A stretch of 63,948 nt of DNA, counting the filler, from Paramecium tetraurelia (lineage: Eukaryota): the NCBI GenBank assembly GCA_000165425.1. It is 6 parts of 5 records of this genome, joined end to end, with 100 filler letters (N's around TTAATTAATTAA, not from the genome) between each part and the next. Parts side by side here need not be neighbours in the genome. Positions count along the whole stretch, not along the records: positions 51,320 to 62,813 come from CT868109.1; positions 62,914 to 63,948 come from CT868164.1; 4 more parts are not named here. One strand, written 5' to 3'. A model generated the notes under the pieces. It did no database searches. It saw nothing but the letters and a program-made list of their open reading frames with translations, and was not told the origin of the DNA. Shown piece by piece: positions 51,320 through 63,948 of the stretch. Made by a program: the position numbers and the translations under genes. Every line of letters begins with the position of its first letter. Within the stretch, counting starts at the first letter, position 1.

Positions 51320-52460
51320 GATTAACTAGGGCAAGGCCATTTGCCAAACAGGACGATCACTGGAGAGACTTCGCAGGATTTCTCTGAGTTTAAGGAAAAG
51401 GAAAATTTGGAGGATCTAATTTTAAAAACATTATTCATTGGTGGATCAAGACCTAAATATAGGAAAATCGAATGGGACTTAATATTTAAAAGATGAATAT
51501 CCTACTGGATGCAAAGAAAGTGAGATCATATGGAATTAAGGAAATCATTAAATGAAAATGAATGAGGTGGGAATAGGAGTGCACATTTTTGGAAAAAGGA
51601 CAAAACATGTAAAAATGGGAGCAACATTGATAGTTACAGAATCCTCCTAAAATATTCCATCTGATGATAGAAACATGAAAGTGCTACAGATTATCACGTA
51701 AATCATAACTTGATAACCTAGAGGCCTACTATTGCAAACCTTTGGTCTTTGTACATTGTCAACGCCAGAGGAAGAAGGAAATTGATCTCTAAAAACAAAA
51801 ATGAGTAAAGAATCTTCAGTAGATAGAACAAATCATGGGAGGATGTTTGAACAACTCACGAAACATTAAGAATAACAAGGTTTTGCATAGCCACTAGTAA
51901 AAGAGAGAATAGTATCAGATTAAGAATCGACGACAAGTCAGCACTAATTCCGCAAGATGGTGATGAACTAATAAATGATGACATAGTCATAAGAAAAGAA
52001 TTTTGGTGGAAAGCTCATATAAAGGATATTGAGGGATTAGAAAAAGCCCTAAAACTTTATACTTAATCCTAGAACGTAAATATAGGGATATTAATCTGAT
52101 TCCTAGAAATATATGTATTTTGGTGCTAAATCAGAATGTTATCGATTCGGGATGAGGGGAAATATTTAAAGCTTTATATATCTGACAGAAATCAAAAAGA
52201 GATAATCAGGGATATGTAATTTATATTCCTGTTGAATGATGACCTAGAAAAGATTGAGATTTAAGTTGCAAAAACTACCATCAACTTATGGTTTATTTCT
52301 ATGCGTAATCTGACATTCAAACATTCTACAGTGGAAACAACTTAAGATTTATGGTAATTATTAGAGTAATTGAAGGGAATGATCTTGGCAACAGGTAATA
52401 TACACAGTTTGGAGAATATAATCATAATGCAAAACCTTGATCAATCGCTCAAATGAAATG
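51320..52460 (+). mobile_element. Probable highly decayed non-LTR retrotransposon reverse-transcriptase relic
   Basis: Purine-rich and intronless with many TGA/frameshifts; ordered motif remnants KKDK..NIDSYRIL, MKVLQII, EQQGF, NVIDS..EIFKAL and FIFLLNDDLE. No intact YADD/FADD. Confidence 0.35.
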
Positions 52461-53669
52461 CAAAAACACATCAAATGGTGAGGTTAACGCTTACAATAAC
52501 AATTTTGTCCTCTATGTAAATTTGCTCTTCAATCAAAACAGAAATATTTATATACTCCCATCCTTCGAGTGTGAACCTCGAAATACCAAAGGGCCATTCA
52601 TAATATACATCATTTCATCATATAAAATATAACTATATTATTATGGATACCCCTATAAGAAAAGGTAGAATTTTTAGAATTTACACTATCCCTTATTCTT
52701 TCTTTCAAAATAATACGGAGAGTTAATTCTAATTTTAATTATACATTTTTTAACTAATTAGACATTCTTTATTAAAATTAATATTACTCAATAATTTTTT
52801 AATCACCATAAATCAATATGATTATTAATCGGTTTAAAGTTTATAGAATGATCCAACACAATAAACCTAAATTCAACCTTATTAGAGTTAAAATATTAAT
52901 TAAATAGTTTATTTTCTTCTTCTTGATGCCTTACACCAAAGAGTATTGCATATTAGTATTAAGAAATTCAATAACAATTTTTGGCTCGAATGAGAAACAG
53001 AAAGTTAGCGGATTCATGTATTAGAATCTGCTCCACTAAATATGGATTGAAAGGAACTTCGACTTGAGATAAGCCTTATTGTCTTAATAAGGAAATAGAA
53101 TTAAATCGAAAAGTTTAGGGTTCAAACAGATTGATAATGCATCCGTCTATATTTAGCACTCTATTAGCCTTAGGGAGCAGAAGTATATTTTTTAACAGCT
53201 AAGATTCATTGCCAGATGCCTTTAAATAAAATCTACTCTTAAATCAAAATATAAAACACACAAATCTAATGTTTAAAAAATTTAACAATAAATAAAATAC
53301 CGAAAATGAGCCACAGAAAAATATTACTAAATTTAATCAGTCTTTATCATAAATGTTCTCAATAGTGAAGATATATATATAAATGAAGCAGACACTTAGA
53401 AGATAATTGAGGAGATAATTAAAGAACTGCATAAAGAATGGTGTATATACATAATTAAGAGATTCTCCTAAGCCAATTTCTTATACTTATAACGAATTAG
53501 TATTAGTATTACACTGAAAATAAAAGTTGCATCCATCTCCATCTCTTGAGATCGAATTAAAATCTAATTTTAGTATGTTTACAGAGAGAATATTTTGATC
53601 AATTAGGAGAGGTAGAAATTATAGCTTAAATTGTGACATAGGTGTTTTGAAAATCAAATTAAAAAAAAT

Positions 53670-56600
53670 AATATGGATTCAATAGATTACCACTCTTACC
53701 AATAGATTGGGAATTACCAACCTACTTTTTCTTAATTATTAGTTCATCTGATTGAAGAAAATAACTTTTCAATACTGTTCTCGTCCCAAAAGTAGATGAT
53801 TATTAAACCAACAGAAATTTATTAAATTCTTCTCCAAACGGTTTGACCCATTCTAATAATTAGGACTAATTAAGGGTCCTAGAAAAACAAAATGTAGATA
53901 ATTAAGGGTACTTAAAACCTATGCTCTTATTGAGATGACAGAAGAGATTACACTAATGCTAATTAAGTTAGATGACTATCAAATCTGAATAAAACTAGTT
54001 AAATTTAAAGAACTAAATGTTTCTTTTAAACTAATATATAAGAGCACGGACACAGTCACTTAAGATGGACTCCATTTCTTCAGAAAAATCTAAAGTATTG
54101 TCGACCGAAATCTCTCTTACATTTAAGATTTATTAAAGTTTAAATTGTGTTGGACCAAAATATCTAATACACCTGGAAATGGATACTTCTAATTACACTG
54201 TGAGAATAATGAATACTTCTAGCTATAATTTTATGATGATTTTCTCCCCGCTAATCGTGGTTATTCGAAGAAATTTGGCTATTAGCCAAGCTCTATCGCA
54301 AGTTAGATACTCTTATTACAATTTAATGATAATAGGCTAATATGTACAAGGGTCTTCAATGAAGACATCAAAATTAAACTACTGTCTGCTTATTATGAAA
54401 ATTATGGAGAAAGGATTTGGATAAATGTTACCTTAGCTGATAGTATCATGTTGAGAATTTTAATTCTCCTCTCTGCTGCAAAGAATATATTGAAATAATT
54501 TGCAATTCAGTGCTTGTTTCAATTGATTAAGTTTCTACCTATTATTAATGGTTGGCTCCAATTAACACTTATACATTCAGAGTTAGGATATAGGAGTTAT
54601 ATTTTAATTCTAACTTTTATATAAAATTTAGAGATTAAATCCAATAGATTAGCTTAGAAAGATATGGTGTACTTTTAATAGCTTTAGGTAAATTATTACA
54701 AAAATAACCCTGTCCAGCTTTAATAGAAAACTTAAGATGATTTCCAAAATATGAGATATTCAGAATAGATAAATTTAGCTTGATTATCATTGATTGAATT
54801 TTTTAAACTTTCTATACTTAATAATTTGATTTTAATGATCTAAGAATGAAAAACAAGGTTTAAGAAGACATCAATACCCTCAAGAAAAGTAGTTAATTAA
54901 ACTAAAAGTTAATGCAATTTCATGTAAATTAACATCAGACATTTATGAAACTCTAAATTGTTTAAGGATTCCAGGTTTTTTTTATTAATGAACAGGTATT
55001 TCATATTCTAAAGGTGCGTTAATTAACTCCAGCAATTTATATAATAAATAACCTACAAATCCAAAATTTATTAAACATATAGGCTTAGTTATAATTAATA
55101 AATTATCAATTAATTCACAAATTGATAATTAATGATGTTCATAACTTAGCTATATCTTAATCAAGTAGAATTTAAAGTTCCATAAATATTTATCAATATG
55201 ATCAATCACCAAGATGATAAGATTCATAAATTCATAATTAATTTATTTGATTAGATGACATCCAAGTGGTTATTTTATCTAATGTAAATGATTGTGATAA
55301 AAGATGAATAAGAACCAAAGCAGATAATTCTAATTTGGTTGCAACCTTTCTTAACAATGGAATATATCAAATGCAGATCTAGGTGAGAAGTTGTATGAAA
55401 ATACTAGTTAATACTATATAGTTTGTAAAATTGGTATTATTTCGGAAACCTAGGTATAATCAAGATGTTTATTGCTTGATAAACTTCGTTGAAGTTGCAA
55501 TCAATAATTATTTGCAAATAGGTATTTCAATATTCCCTTAGTGGAAAATACTCTGTCTTAATCTCAAAATAGAATCATTATTATGTATGTTCTATGTAAT
55601 AAATAATTGTTGCGTTAATACGGAAGGTAAACTTGTTAGCTGTAAATATTAAATGAAATGGCAAGAAGAAAAAATAAGTTAACAAGAAGTTAAACCTATT
55701 TTCTAATTTTACTTAGAATAAGGTTGAAATTACTAAATCCCCAAATGACCGGGCCTTTATAAGGCAAGAGATTACTATGTCCAAGAAGTTGAAAAATACG
55801 ACCTCCTTACGAGGATTTTTAGATTATTGAAGTTAATGAGGTTTCTCAAATATGGATTGAAGTTCAATGAAGGCCATAGTTTGATTATTACTCTAAATCT
55901 TACATATTTTTTTCCATTATTATTGTACGAGTAGCAGAAGCAACAGGGAAGAAAAAGGATAACAGAAAATAATGAGTTAAAGACTTCATAAATATCAGTG
56001 CAAAGTGCGCTAAAAAGTAAAACAGTTATAGGGAAAATCAGTATTTTTAATAATTGGAAGGAAGGATGAATTGTTAAACCTCCTCTCAAATCTGCTAAGA
56101 GTTATTTTTTTAATAGTGGAATTTAGAAAATTTATGAGAATGACTGCTCAAAGGAAGATTGGATTTACTCAAAGATTTACCAACTTTATTGTAACTTTTG
56201 AAAATATAGTTAAATTCATCTCTTTATTCTAAGACATAATCTTCAAGACTGATAGACAGCAAGGAAAACAATACATTTGAAGACATCACAAACTTATAAA
56301 TAAAGTTAATTATTGTATAAGCAAAGTATAGAGCCAATATATTTAATAGGCTCCAAAAAACAATAGGATATTTGTAAAGCTTTCCCTAAAGAATCAATCT
56401 CATGTTCGAGTGACTCACTTTTTTTTGATATTTAATATAACACTTAATTATATCGAATAAGAATACCTAATCTAGAATTAAATTAAGTTTAATTCAACCA
56501 GTTCTTGGAGAAATGTTAACGAAAATATGCATAGCGCAAGTGTTGTGCTTTGGAACAAGTATTAAAGCAGAGTGATTAAGAAGTCTAATGTATTTAATTA

Positions 56601-57700
56601 ATAATATACTTATAAAGATGTACAAGGTTTCTCAAACTTTTTGATTTCTAATGAGTCAATATTTTATAATGTAGAGAATCCATTAATTATTTAACCTTCT
56701 ATTTTCAATATGAGAGTTAATCTGGCTTTAGAGCCATTTACTTTAGAAACATGTGCTTAATTCTCCAAAAATCAAGTAAAATTACTCTTGTCAACATCCT
56801 CAAACTACTTATCTATGAAGAAATAACAATTTTGAATCTAACAGAGAAAAAAGAGCATGATTGTCCTCTGATTGAAACATAATTAGCCCTAAATCTAAGT
56901 GTACAGAATTAGAACTATTTTAAATTAGAAATGATGCTTTCACATATTCCTTATTAAGCCATCTTCGATATACTAAGATCATTTTGTACAGGATTCACAT
57001 TAAGTACAGTTTAAATTATTTGTTATAGATATAAGGTTTAAAATGGCATCTCATTATTTGCAATTTGAAGTTGATTAAGACTAAACCTATCCATCTGTAA
57101 AAATTCAAACAATGCATAAGGTAAACTTTGTTAAAGAAATGTTCTCCTTGATATTTCCAATAGTCCCTTAATCGAGCAATTAGTTCATATAGTATTGGTT
57201 AAAATGCATTTGAATTAACCAAATACAATTATGCTAATATTTCCAAAGGTAGTACTAAAACTTAAATATATTCGCCTTGTTAAGATTCAGATGAATTAGC
57301 AAACCAATCTGTTAAATAAGAAGCAATAGTAGAAGTATTGCATCATAAACTGAATTGATTACATTTGATGAAAATTTATTGAGAGACATTATTACAGATG
57401 CATCTTTTGTCACAAGCAAAGCAATAATGAACAGCTCATATGAAATTGTACATTCGAGGCAATGACTTGAAATCAGATACAATTTAGAGAATAAAATTTA
57501 TGCACAAAATAATCTTAACAGAGTTTGAGCACTAATAATATCATTAACTAACAAGGCAACATTTATTAATACATCTAGGATATTAAATAAAATTAGAAGC
57601 TGATGATTATTTGTTATAACAGTATTAGAACTTTGAAATCCAATCCAAAGTAACAGTTTACTAAATCAAGAACCAAATATGTCGCCCGTGCATATATATA
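53670..57700 (+). pseudogene. Decayed remnants of large Paramecium-specific protein gene(s)
   Basis: Patchy open frames (e.g. 54181-54783: GYFQLHCENNEYF..AYYENYGERIWINVTL) broken by TGA and frameshifts. Confidence 0.3.
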
Positions 57701-57749
57701 CATCTGGAACAAGGGGTTACATTTAAGGAGTAAGTGGTTAACACAAAGT

Positions 57750-60700
57750 GAATTATTAAAACATTGAGTTGTTCAAATGTTACAATTAGTTTTTAGGTAG
57801 GTACATTCATCATGAAAATTGATCTTTGGTGTAATCGTTTTACAATTAAGTCGTATTAGGATGAATACGATTTAATTGTGGTAAATAAACAGATTTATTA
57901 GCAAGATGATAAATAATACTTCAAGCAGTGGGATAGGAAATATTCTTCTTTTCTACTTAAGCCTTTGTGTTAACATTACATTTAATAAAAGAGTTTAAAC
58001 TGATTGATCAAAATAATTTTTAGAATGTATGATTCACATGCATCTCCATCAGTATTGCATAGAGCTTAAGGAGTGATACATTTTTTATCGTTAGCATGTT
58101 TGTTGAATGCATCAAAATAATCTATGCGTAATTCATTAGCATCTCCAAATGATTGAAAAGGTTGTAAGCAATCTTCAAAGGAAGTATCTAGTAAGGTATG
58201 GTTGGAATGATGTAGAACAAAAGTCAGTTTAGAATATGCAGTATGCTTCATCGCATTAATAAAAGGCTACATAATTTTTTAGGGGTATTTATAAAGCAGC
58301 TGTTTAATCGATTTTGTTTTTATTAAGTAAAAATATGCTTAAGAGCCAATATAAGAATCAGATATAATATTAAAGCACTTAAGTAAAGCAAAATTTTATC
58401 TAAAGAGTTGTGCTTTAGTAATATCTTATATTACCTTCTATATGCATTTGAATTATGTATAAGGCCTCATATACATCTGGGAATTTAGTAAAATTGTCAT
58501 TTTGAACATCCATCAAAAAATGTTTAAAGAAAAAGCAATAGATAGGGTGCAACTATTGAAATATAAACTGCATTGACACTGTGAATTAACAATATTATGA
58601 TAACCATAGTAACCATAGTAACACTTAAAATAAATGTAAGTAAGCTAGCTAACTATTATTCCTGTTCCAGCGCAGACGCCATCAGAAAAAATACATTTAG
58701 GCTGTAAACGCTGCCAGGTTTAAGTTCTAAAAATAAAACTACAAGATGCGAGAATCGAACTATAGATTGTTTTTGAAAATAAAAGCATTATTTAAGAATG
58801 ATATCAGGACTAAATATTAATCAAGCAGCTAAAAATATATCCATTCTCTGAAACTGAGGTAGTAGATTTGCTACAAGATGAATCAAAAATATGAACAATA
58901 TGCTCCAGCATAGATACCAGCACTTAGTGTTTGAGTGAAAGCATTTCTGAAAAACTTTTAAGGTAGCAGGAGGGCTGAAATCATTTAAATGTCACCTTAT
59001 ATCATGTCATTGTTGCAGTATTCAAGACCATTGGTGTTGAGCCTATCTCAAGTATCAAATTTTAATATACATTACAATTGGCAATATAGAATTATCTTGA
59101 GATTCTGATTATCGATTTTCTGATTACTACATTCCAAAAAACAGAAAGAAATGAAATAAAGGGACATCAACATGGAAGCTAATACTATTGGGTACATAAG
59201 TTGTCATGCAAGTTAGACAGGCAGATGCTGATGCATATGTTAATATTAGTCTGACAGATATGTAATAACAAGCATGCATTATTATCCCAGTGACTTTTTT
59301 ACAGGTTTGATTATCATAATAATATGTATTGATATACTGTTATGAATATTAAACTTTGGTAGCTGCAAAATCATATTATACTTCATTATCCATTTGATAC
59401 AATTTTTGGATTAAATAGTAGATTTTAAATGCAGTGAAACAAATATGTATCGCTACAAGAAATTCAAAATTAGTAACATATCTGAACACCTAACAAAACA
59501 ATAATAAGAATAAGTAGCTGAAATCATGATAATTTAGAACCAGAGTTTCATACTTATAGAACTGATTATTGCTGGAATAGATGGTGCATCCAAGGATGAA
59601 AATTGTGCAAGTCTTTGATCCTAACATAAAGAAGTTTCACTATATAATTGCGTGCTCATGTGAAACAAGAACTTACATGAGTTATTACCAGTTACAGATT
59701 CTTGTAAGAAAGTAGAAGATTTAATAAACCCTATGCAATTTCAAAAGAGATAAAATGGAATTTAACTATGGCATTTTAGAAAGTATCATTTTAATAAAAG
59801 CATTAGGTTAGAAAATATCCAAAAATACCACTTTAGCATGGATTTTCATTTTTCAATCATACTACAACAGGAAGTTGTTGGCAAAATAATGAGATCCCTC
59901 ATTCTATAATCCTCAGAGTGTTTTTAGAACAGTCAGAGAAATTAAATTTAAATTTTTGTGGTGTGAAAATATCTACAGGTTCTTTATTTACATACTCTAG
60001 TAGATGCAACTGCCTAATATTAAGAACTTAAGCGTAGACTTATCCATTGCAGGTGTTTGTATTATTTAAAGCAATATCCAGAATTGAATTCACATATACG
60101 TTAGTATTGAATCTAGAACAAGGTAAATTACAACCAAAGGCATTTACGATGGTTGGAATCTCTGCAATACAAACTGAACATCAATCTCCATGTTTTTACA
60201 AAATGAAACTTGTATTAAATTGAGTTGAATAAACAGCTAGTTAACAGCCACTATATACTCAAGTACAAATATTTCATTGTAAATTAAGTTGGTTATCAAA
60301 TTAGCTTCTCAATCAATCCCATCTCAATACTTAGAACAAACAGAGCAAACTATAAATATAATTCAAATTATGCTACATTTAAAGCATTAATTAATCATTT
60401 TCCCTTATGATAATATCTCTGAATGCAGGAACACCAAGCCTTAGCTCATATTCAGAAAAATTGCTCTAGCAGAATTTGTAACCTATATAAAATAGTTACA
60501 AGTTCTCCTATGGTATACAACAAGGAGATGTATCGAAATCGAAAGGAAATCTCAGGAGCCCAATAAAACTTTTCAGAAAATTCATAAAGATACTTACTCT
60601 TAACAAATATAGCTGTTTATTGTAACTTGAAAATCAAGGACAATTTGATGGCGAATGATAAAAATTAAGCATCAATATTATGGAGGTATATATTTAATAT

Positions 60701-61390
60701 TCAGGTTTATTGAATAATCAGAATCCCTAATACTATGTCTAGAACTGCTTTATGTGGTTCAAGGATCATAACAGATGTCAAAATTATTACCATATTCAAA
60801 TAAGGTAGTTAAGTGTGCTTTTGATAAGAAAACATAGTGTGTTAGAATGGTTGATATCAATAAATAGTAATAAATTCCCTGCAATATATTAGAGCTCAGA
60901 TGAAATATTGAGTATATATAGCTTCATCAGATTCAAGTTCTTGTTAGGGGGTTTAACATGAATCATAAGCATCTTTGCTCTGTTATGATGATAACAGGCT
61001 CAACTGTAAGCAACAGATGTCTTACACAAAAAAGATGTTTCAGCTTCAATCAGCAAATTCTTAGGAAGTTTTGTAAAAAGATCCAAAAATATTTAGTAGC
61101 ATTCCCTGATGCAGCTGTAAAATATTAACATCTAAAAAAAATATCCTCCCTTTTCTGTTCCTTTAATCATTTAAGAACAACAGTTCCTATTCAAATCTTT
61201 ATCATCTACTTGCAATAGTTTCTTAAAAATCAATCTTTTATAATGATCTTAAAACAGAAGGTCTTTTAGATTTTAAAATAAAAAATATAGTCGATATACA
61301 CTTTCTTAACATAAGCTCCTTGCTAGCGTAATTAAGTAAATAATCTATCATCGATTCTATGAGCCACATTTTTTAGTTATTTGTTTATTT
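57750..61390 (-). pseudogene. Heavily decayed Cys/Thr/Ala/Trp-rich surface-antigen-like sequence
   Basis: Scattered minus-strand fragments NSQCQCSLYFNSCTL, CWYLCWS and TYASASACLTCMTT; no long frame. Confidence 0.3.
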
Positions 61391-61893
61391 TATTAATATT
61401 CTTGCATACAAATGAGTAGATGTTCTACATTTTAAAAAAAAAAGACATAAATTGTTCAACGTTAATCTAAAAATATAGTTAAAATTTTTGTAATTGATTT
61501 ATCCAAGCAATCCTTCAGCAAGATGGACTTCTATTTCAATTAGGAGTATTGGTCACTTTTCCTGTCATTCAGTAAATTTTCATCGAATCCTATTTCTGTT
61601 TCAGCTATAGTGTTTTTTTATGAGTGCTAGGTGAATTTATAAATTTCACCAAATTGATATTCAAAGGAACTTGAGGAAAGTAATTAAATTGTAGCCTTTT
61701 TTGGAGAGATAAAAGTTTGTCGAAATAAATTAATGGACCATTTTGTTTTACTTTGACAGATCTCTAATTAATAATTTGTGGTCTAGGTGAGAATTACATC
61801 AAATTTAATATGATATTTATAGATGTAGCAATCAATCAAGAATACTTGTGATTATTTATATTCTAATTTATAAATCTCAGAAAATATTTAAAA

Positions 61894-62813
61894 TCAATAC
61901 TATTTTAATAGCAATTCTAATGGCTCATAATCTACTTCGATAGATTCTACAGGTTTTACACTTAATCTATTGGTTTCCTTATTACCTTAAAATTCTAATT
62001 GATTATTTATCAATTTCCCTCCTAATTGATGGCTTTAGTATAAGATTTATTCTCCAAATTATTATTGTAGGAAAAACTGAATCCTTGAGATTTCGTATAA
62101 TATGTTATCAAGTCTACATTTTTCTTTAGCCTTTTAAAGCAAATTTCGATATTTATCATCAAGATTATCAATAAGTTGAAATTTATTTATTTATTTATCA
62201 TTGACCTTAAATAGATTTAGAAAATTTAACCTACAGCCTTTAAATTGAGGATAATACATAGTTATAATATCATGATGCAATTCATTTTCCAGCAAGCAGT
62301 TATTATAATAATATGCACAATATTTAATGAAAAATATTAATTGCACTATAGAGCCAATTGAAGCAAGTACTTAACCTAATTATGGCAATGTTACTTTCTC
62401 TTAAATAGATATATTATCAATTCTAAACAAGTAACATCCTGCACTCGAAAAATCGTATTCAACATCAGATAAAGCATTTACAATTTCGGATGGAAATGAA
62501 TTGTCAATTTGTAAATTTGTCATTTAAAAATTATTTAAAAATACATATTGTTTATTATTGCTAAGAAGGATACCGTCATCTATCACAGTTTCTTATTGCT
62601 TTAACATAATCTGTGAATAAACTGGTCTAGAATAATCTAAAGCAGTATAATATGATTAAACAAAAACCTCTAAATCTCTTGTAATTTAATTCAATTAGTT
62701 TAATTTAACTGTTAGGGTTAACAATCCATGAAACTTCTATAAGTAGTCGTCAATAATGCTTTCTTCAGCACAATAACTTCCATCTATTGCAATAGATGAA
62801 GAACATCTGGCTA
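61894..62813 (-). CDS. Ciliate expanded-family membrane protein (large extracellular loop, C-terminal TM); 5' end in the gap
   Basis: Open frame CAEESIIDDYL..IMLKQQETVIDDGIL..YLFRIDN..LPQLGQVLASIGSIVQLIFFIKY..MYYPQF..KCRLDNILYEISRIQF; TGA at 61894-61896. Confidence 0.8.
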
Positions 62814-62913
62814 NNNNNNNNNNNNNNNNNNNNNNNNNNNNNNNNNNNNNNNNNNNNTTAATTAATTAANNNNNNNNNNNNNNNNNNNNNNNNNNNNNNN
62901 NNNNNNNNNNNNN
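62814..62913. other. Artificial scaffold linker
   Basis: 44N-TTAATTAATTAA-44N. Confidence 0.95.
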
Positions 62914-63170
62914 ATGAGAAGTAGCGTAAGAGTCACCACAAATTGGATATCAAATTTATTCCTTAATTCATACCCATGTTAATATTGACTGCATCCTTTT
63001 CCAGAAGAATAATCACTAGAAAGGCAGGATAATCCACATTGGCTTTTATTCATGATCTTATTTAGGAAATATCCATATTGACACTATTAGCATTTATTAT
63101 TCAATCAAATTTTACAAATATTATTATTTTAACATTAAAACTTGCAAAATTTACTACCATGTAACTTAAA
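62914..63170 (-). pseudogene. Fragment of a Cys-rich PICGD-type repeat gene
   Basis: NKCQQCQYGYFLN..QCGLSCLS..KGCSQYQHGYEL / YPICGDSYATSH with a frameshift. Confidence 0.55.
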
Positions 63171-63484
63171 TTTTCATATCATCTTGCTGGAGCTTCTGAA
63201 ATTTTTTATTCAAAGTTCTTATAACCTTATGAACAGCTTTTAGTTAATTTCTAGTAACGCTTTCAACTGATTTATTTTATTTATTAGCTTGATCATTCAA
63301 GTCAGACTATGAATTTATGTTTTCTTAATTTAAAACATCATTTTGAGAATTAACTTTTTATGGTTGGTTATCATTTCCTAAAAATTTTCTTTTGAATCAA
63401 TAGTTTAAGTGATTTATTAAACTCTATAAGGTGAATTCTATGGTTGACATTAAATTTAATCATGAATTAAATTAACTTTAATTT

Positions 63485-63948
63485 TGACCGGAGTCCACAG
63501 ATAAAGTTAATATTTCGGAACATGGTTTCATAGTAGTCCTGGACACTGCTGAAGGCTCCATTTACACAATGCCTTAAGCTCCTATAACGGCGATAACCTC
63601 CCCTCCCTAGACAGATAGGAGATACAGAATAAACTCGGGCTGTCTAGGACCTGACCGGGGCTAGATTCCCGAAAGGATGTTAATATCCCAAGAGTGGAGA
63701 AAAGAAAGAGACTTCTGGATGTGAAATTCGTCCAAAAAGAATGACGTAAGAGACAACATTAGGAATCGAGGGGAATAAAATGACAGGATATTCGAAAGAT
63801 ATTTGACCCCGTAAAATCCTATGGTAAGCGATATCGAAGTATGAACTGCGAGAAAGAACTAAGGAATAAAGAAAAATTGGGGATAATTTTTTGGATTTCA
63901 GTATTAGAGTTGAGTTCTGATAAATCACTTCCCGCCAGGTTATGAACG
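63485..63948 (+). other. GC-richer segment with clustered stem-loops; possible 5' end of a transposable element or structured RNA
   Basis: Abrupt composition change; perfect 9-bp inverted repeat CCTAGACAG (63606-63614) / CTGTCTAGG (63640-63648), plus GGG/CCC, AAGGC/GCCTT and GGATG/TATCC hairpins. Confidence 0.4.

Noticed and set aside
52800..53230. Minus-strand WD40 remnant (KTIRL, IRQLSVS)
   Set aside because: Too degenerate to support as a feature.
63485..63700. Telomerase RNA, SRP RNA, snRNA, tRNA or rRNA
   Set aside because: No telomeric template, cloverleaf or recognisable conserved motifs of these RNAs; no telomeric repeats were seen in the window either.
2066..63928. Most ORFs in the supplied six-frame track
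   Set aside because: They were computed with TAA/TAG as stops and ignore micro-introns; most are antisense shadows or N-gap artefacts. Only a few (parts of PFK, NAP1, the GPCR-like gene) overlap real frames.

Overview
AT-rich ciliate nuclear DNA, almost certainly Paramecium. TAA and TAG read as Gln, TGA is the only stop, and genes carry many 21-31 nt GT-AG introns, so the supplied standard-code ORF track is mostly uninformative; all translations below were done by hand with the ciliate code. Five identical 100-bp linkers (44 N + TTAATTAATTAA + 44 N) look like artificial joins, so adjacency across them cannot be trusted. The block 33508-51219 is gene-dense and housekeeping-like: a 7TM GPCR-like gene, ASF1, TPR, Myb, PFK, HMG-box, BCKDH E2 and NAP1. 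The other blocks hold expanded-family genes and decayed copies: a large Cys-rich/beta-helix membrane protein, a paraoxonase pseudogene, a TRANK1-like SF1 helicase, a WD40 array with high internal similarity, a giant furin-repeat/REJ/GPS-like surface protein with a degenerate duplicate, a probable LINE relic and decayed surface-protein sequence. The most notable signals are a 27-bp TA-bounded IES-like insertion, WD40 units with NLR-like hypervariable positions and signs of unit exchange, and a GC-rich segment near the window end with hammerhead-like topology but a non-canonical core.
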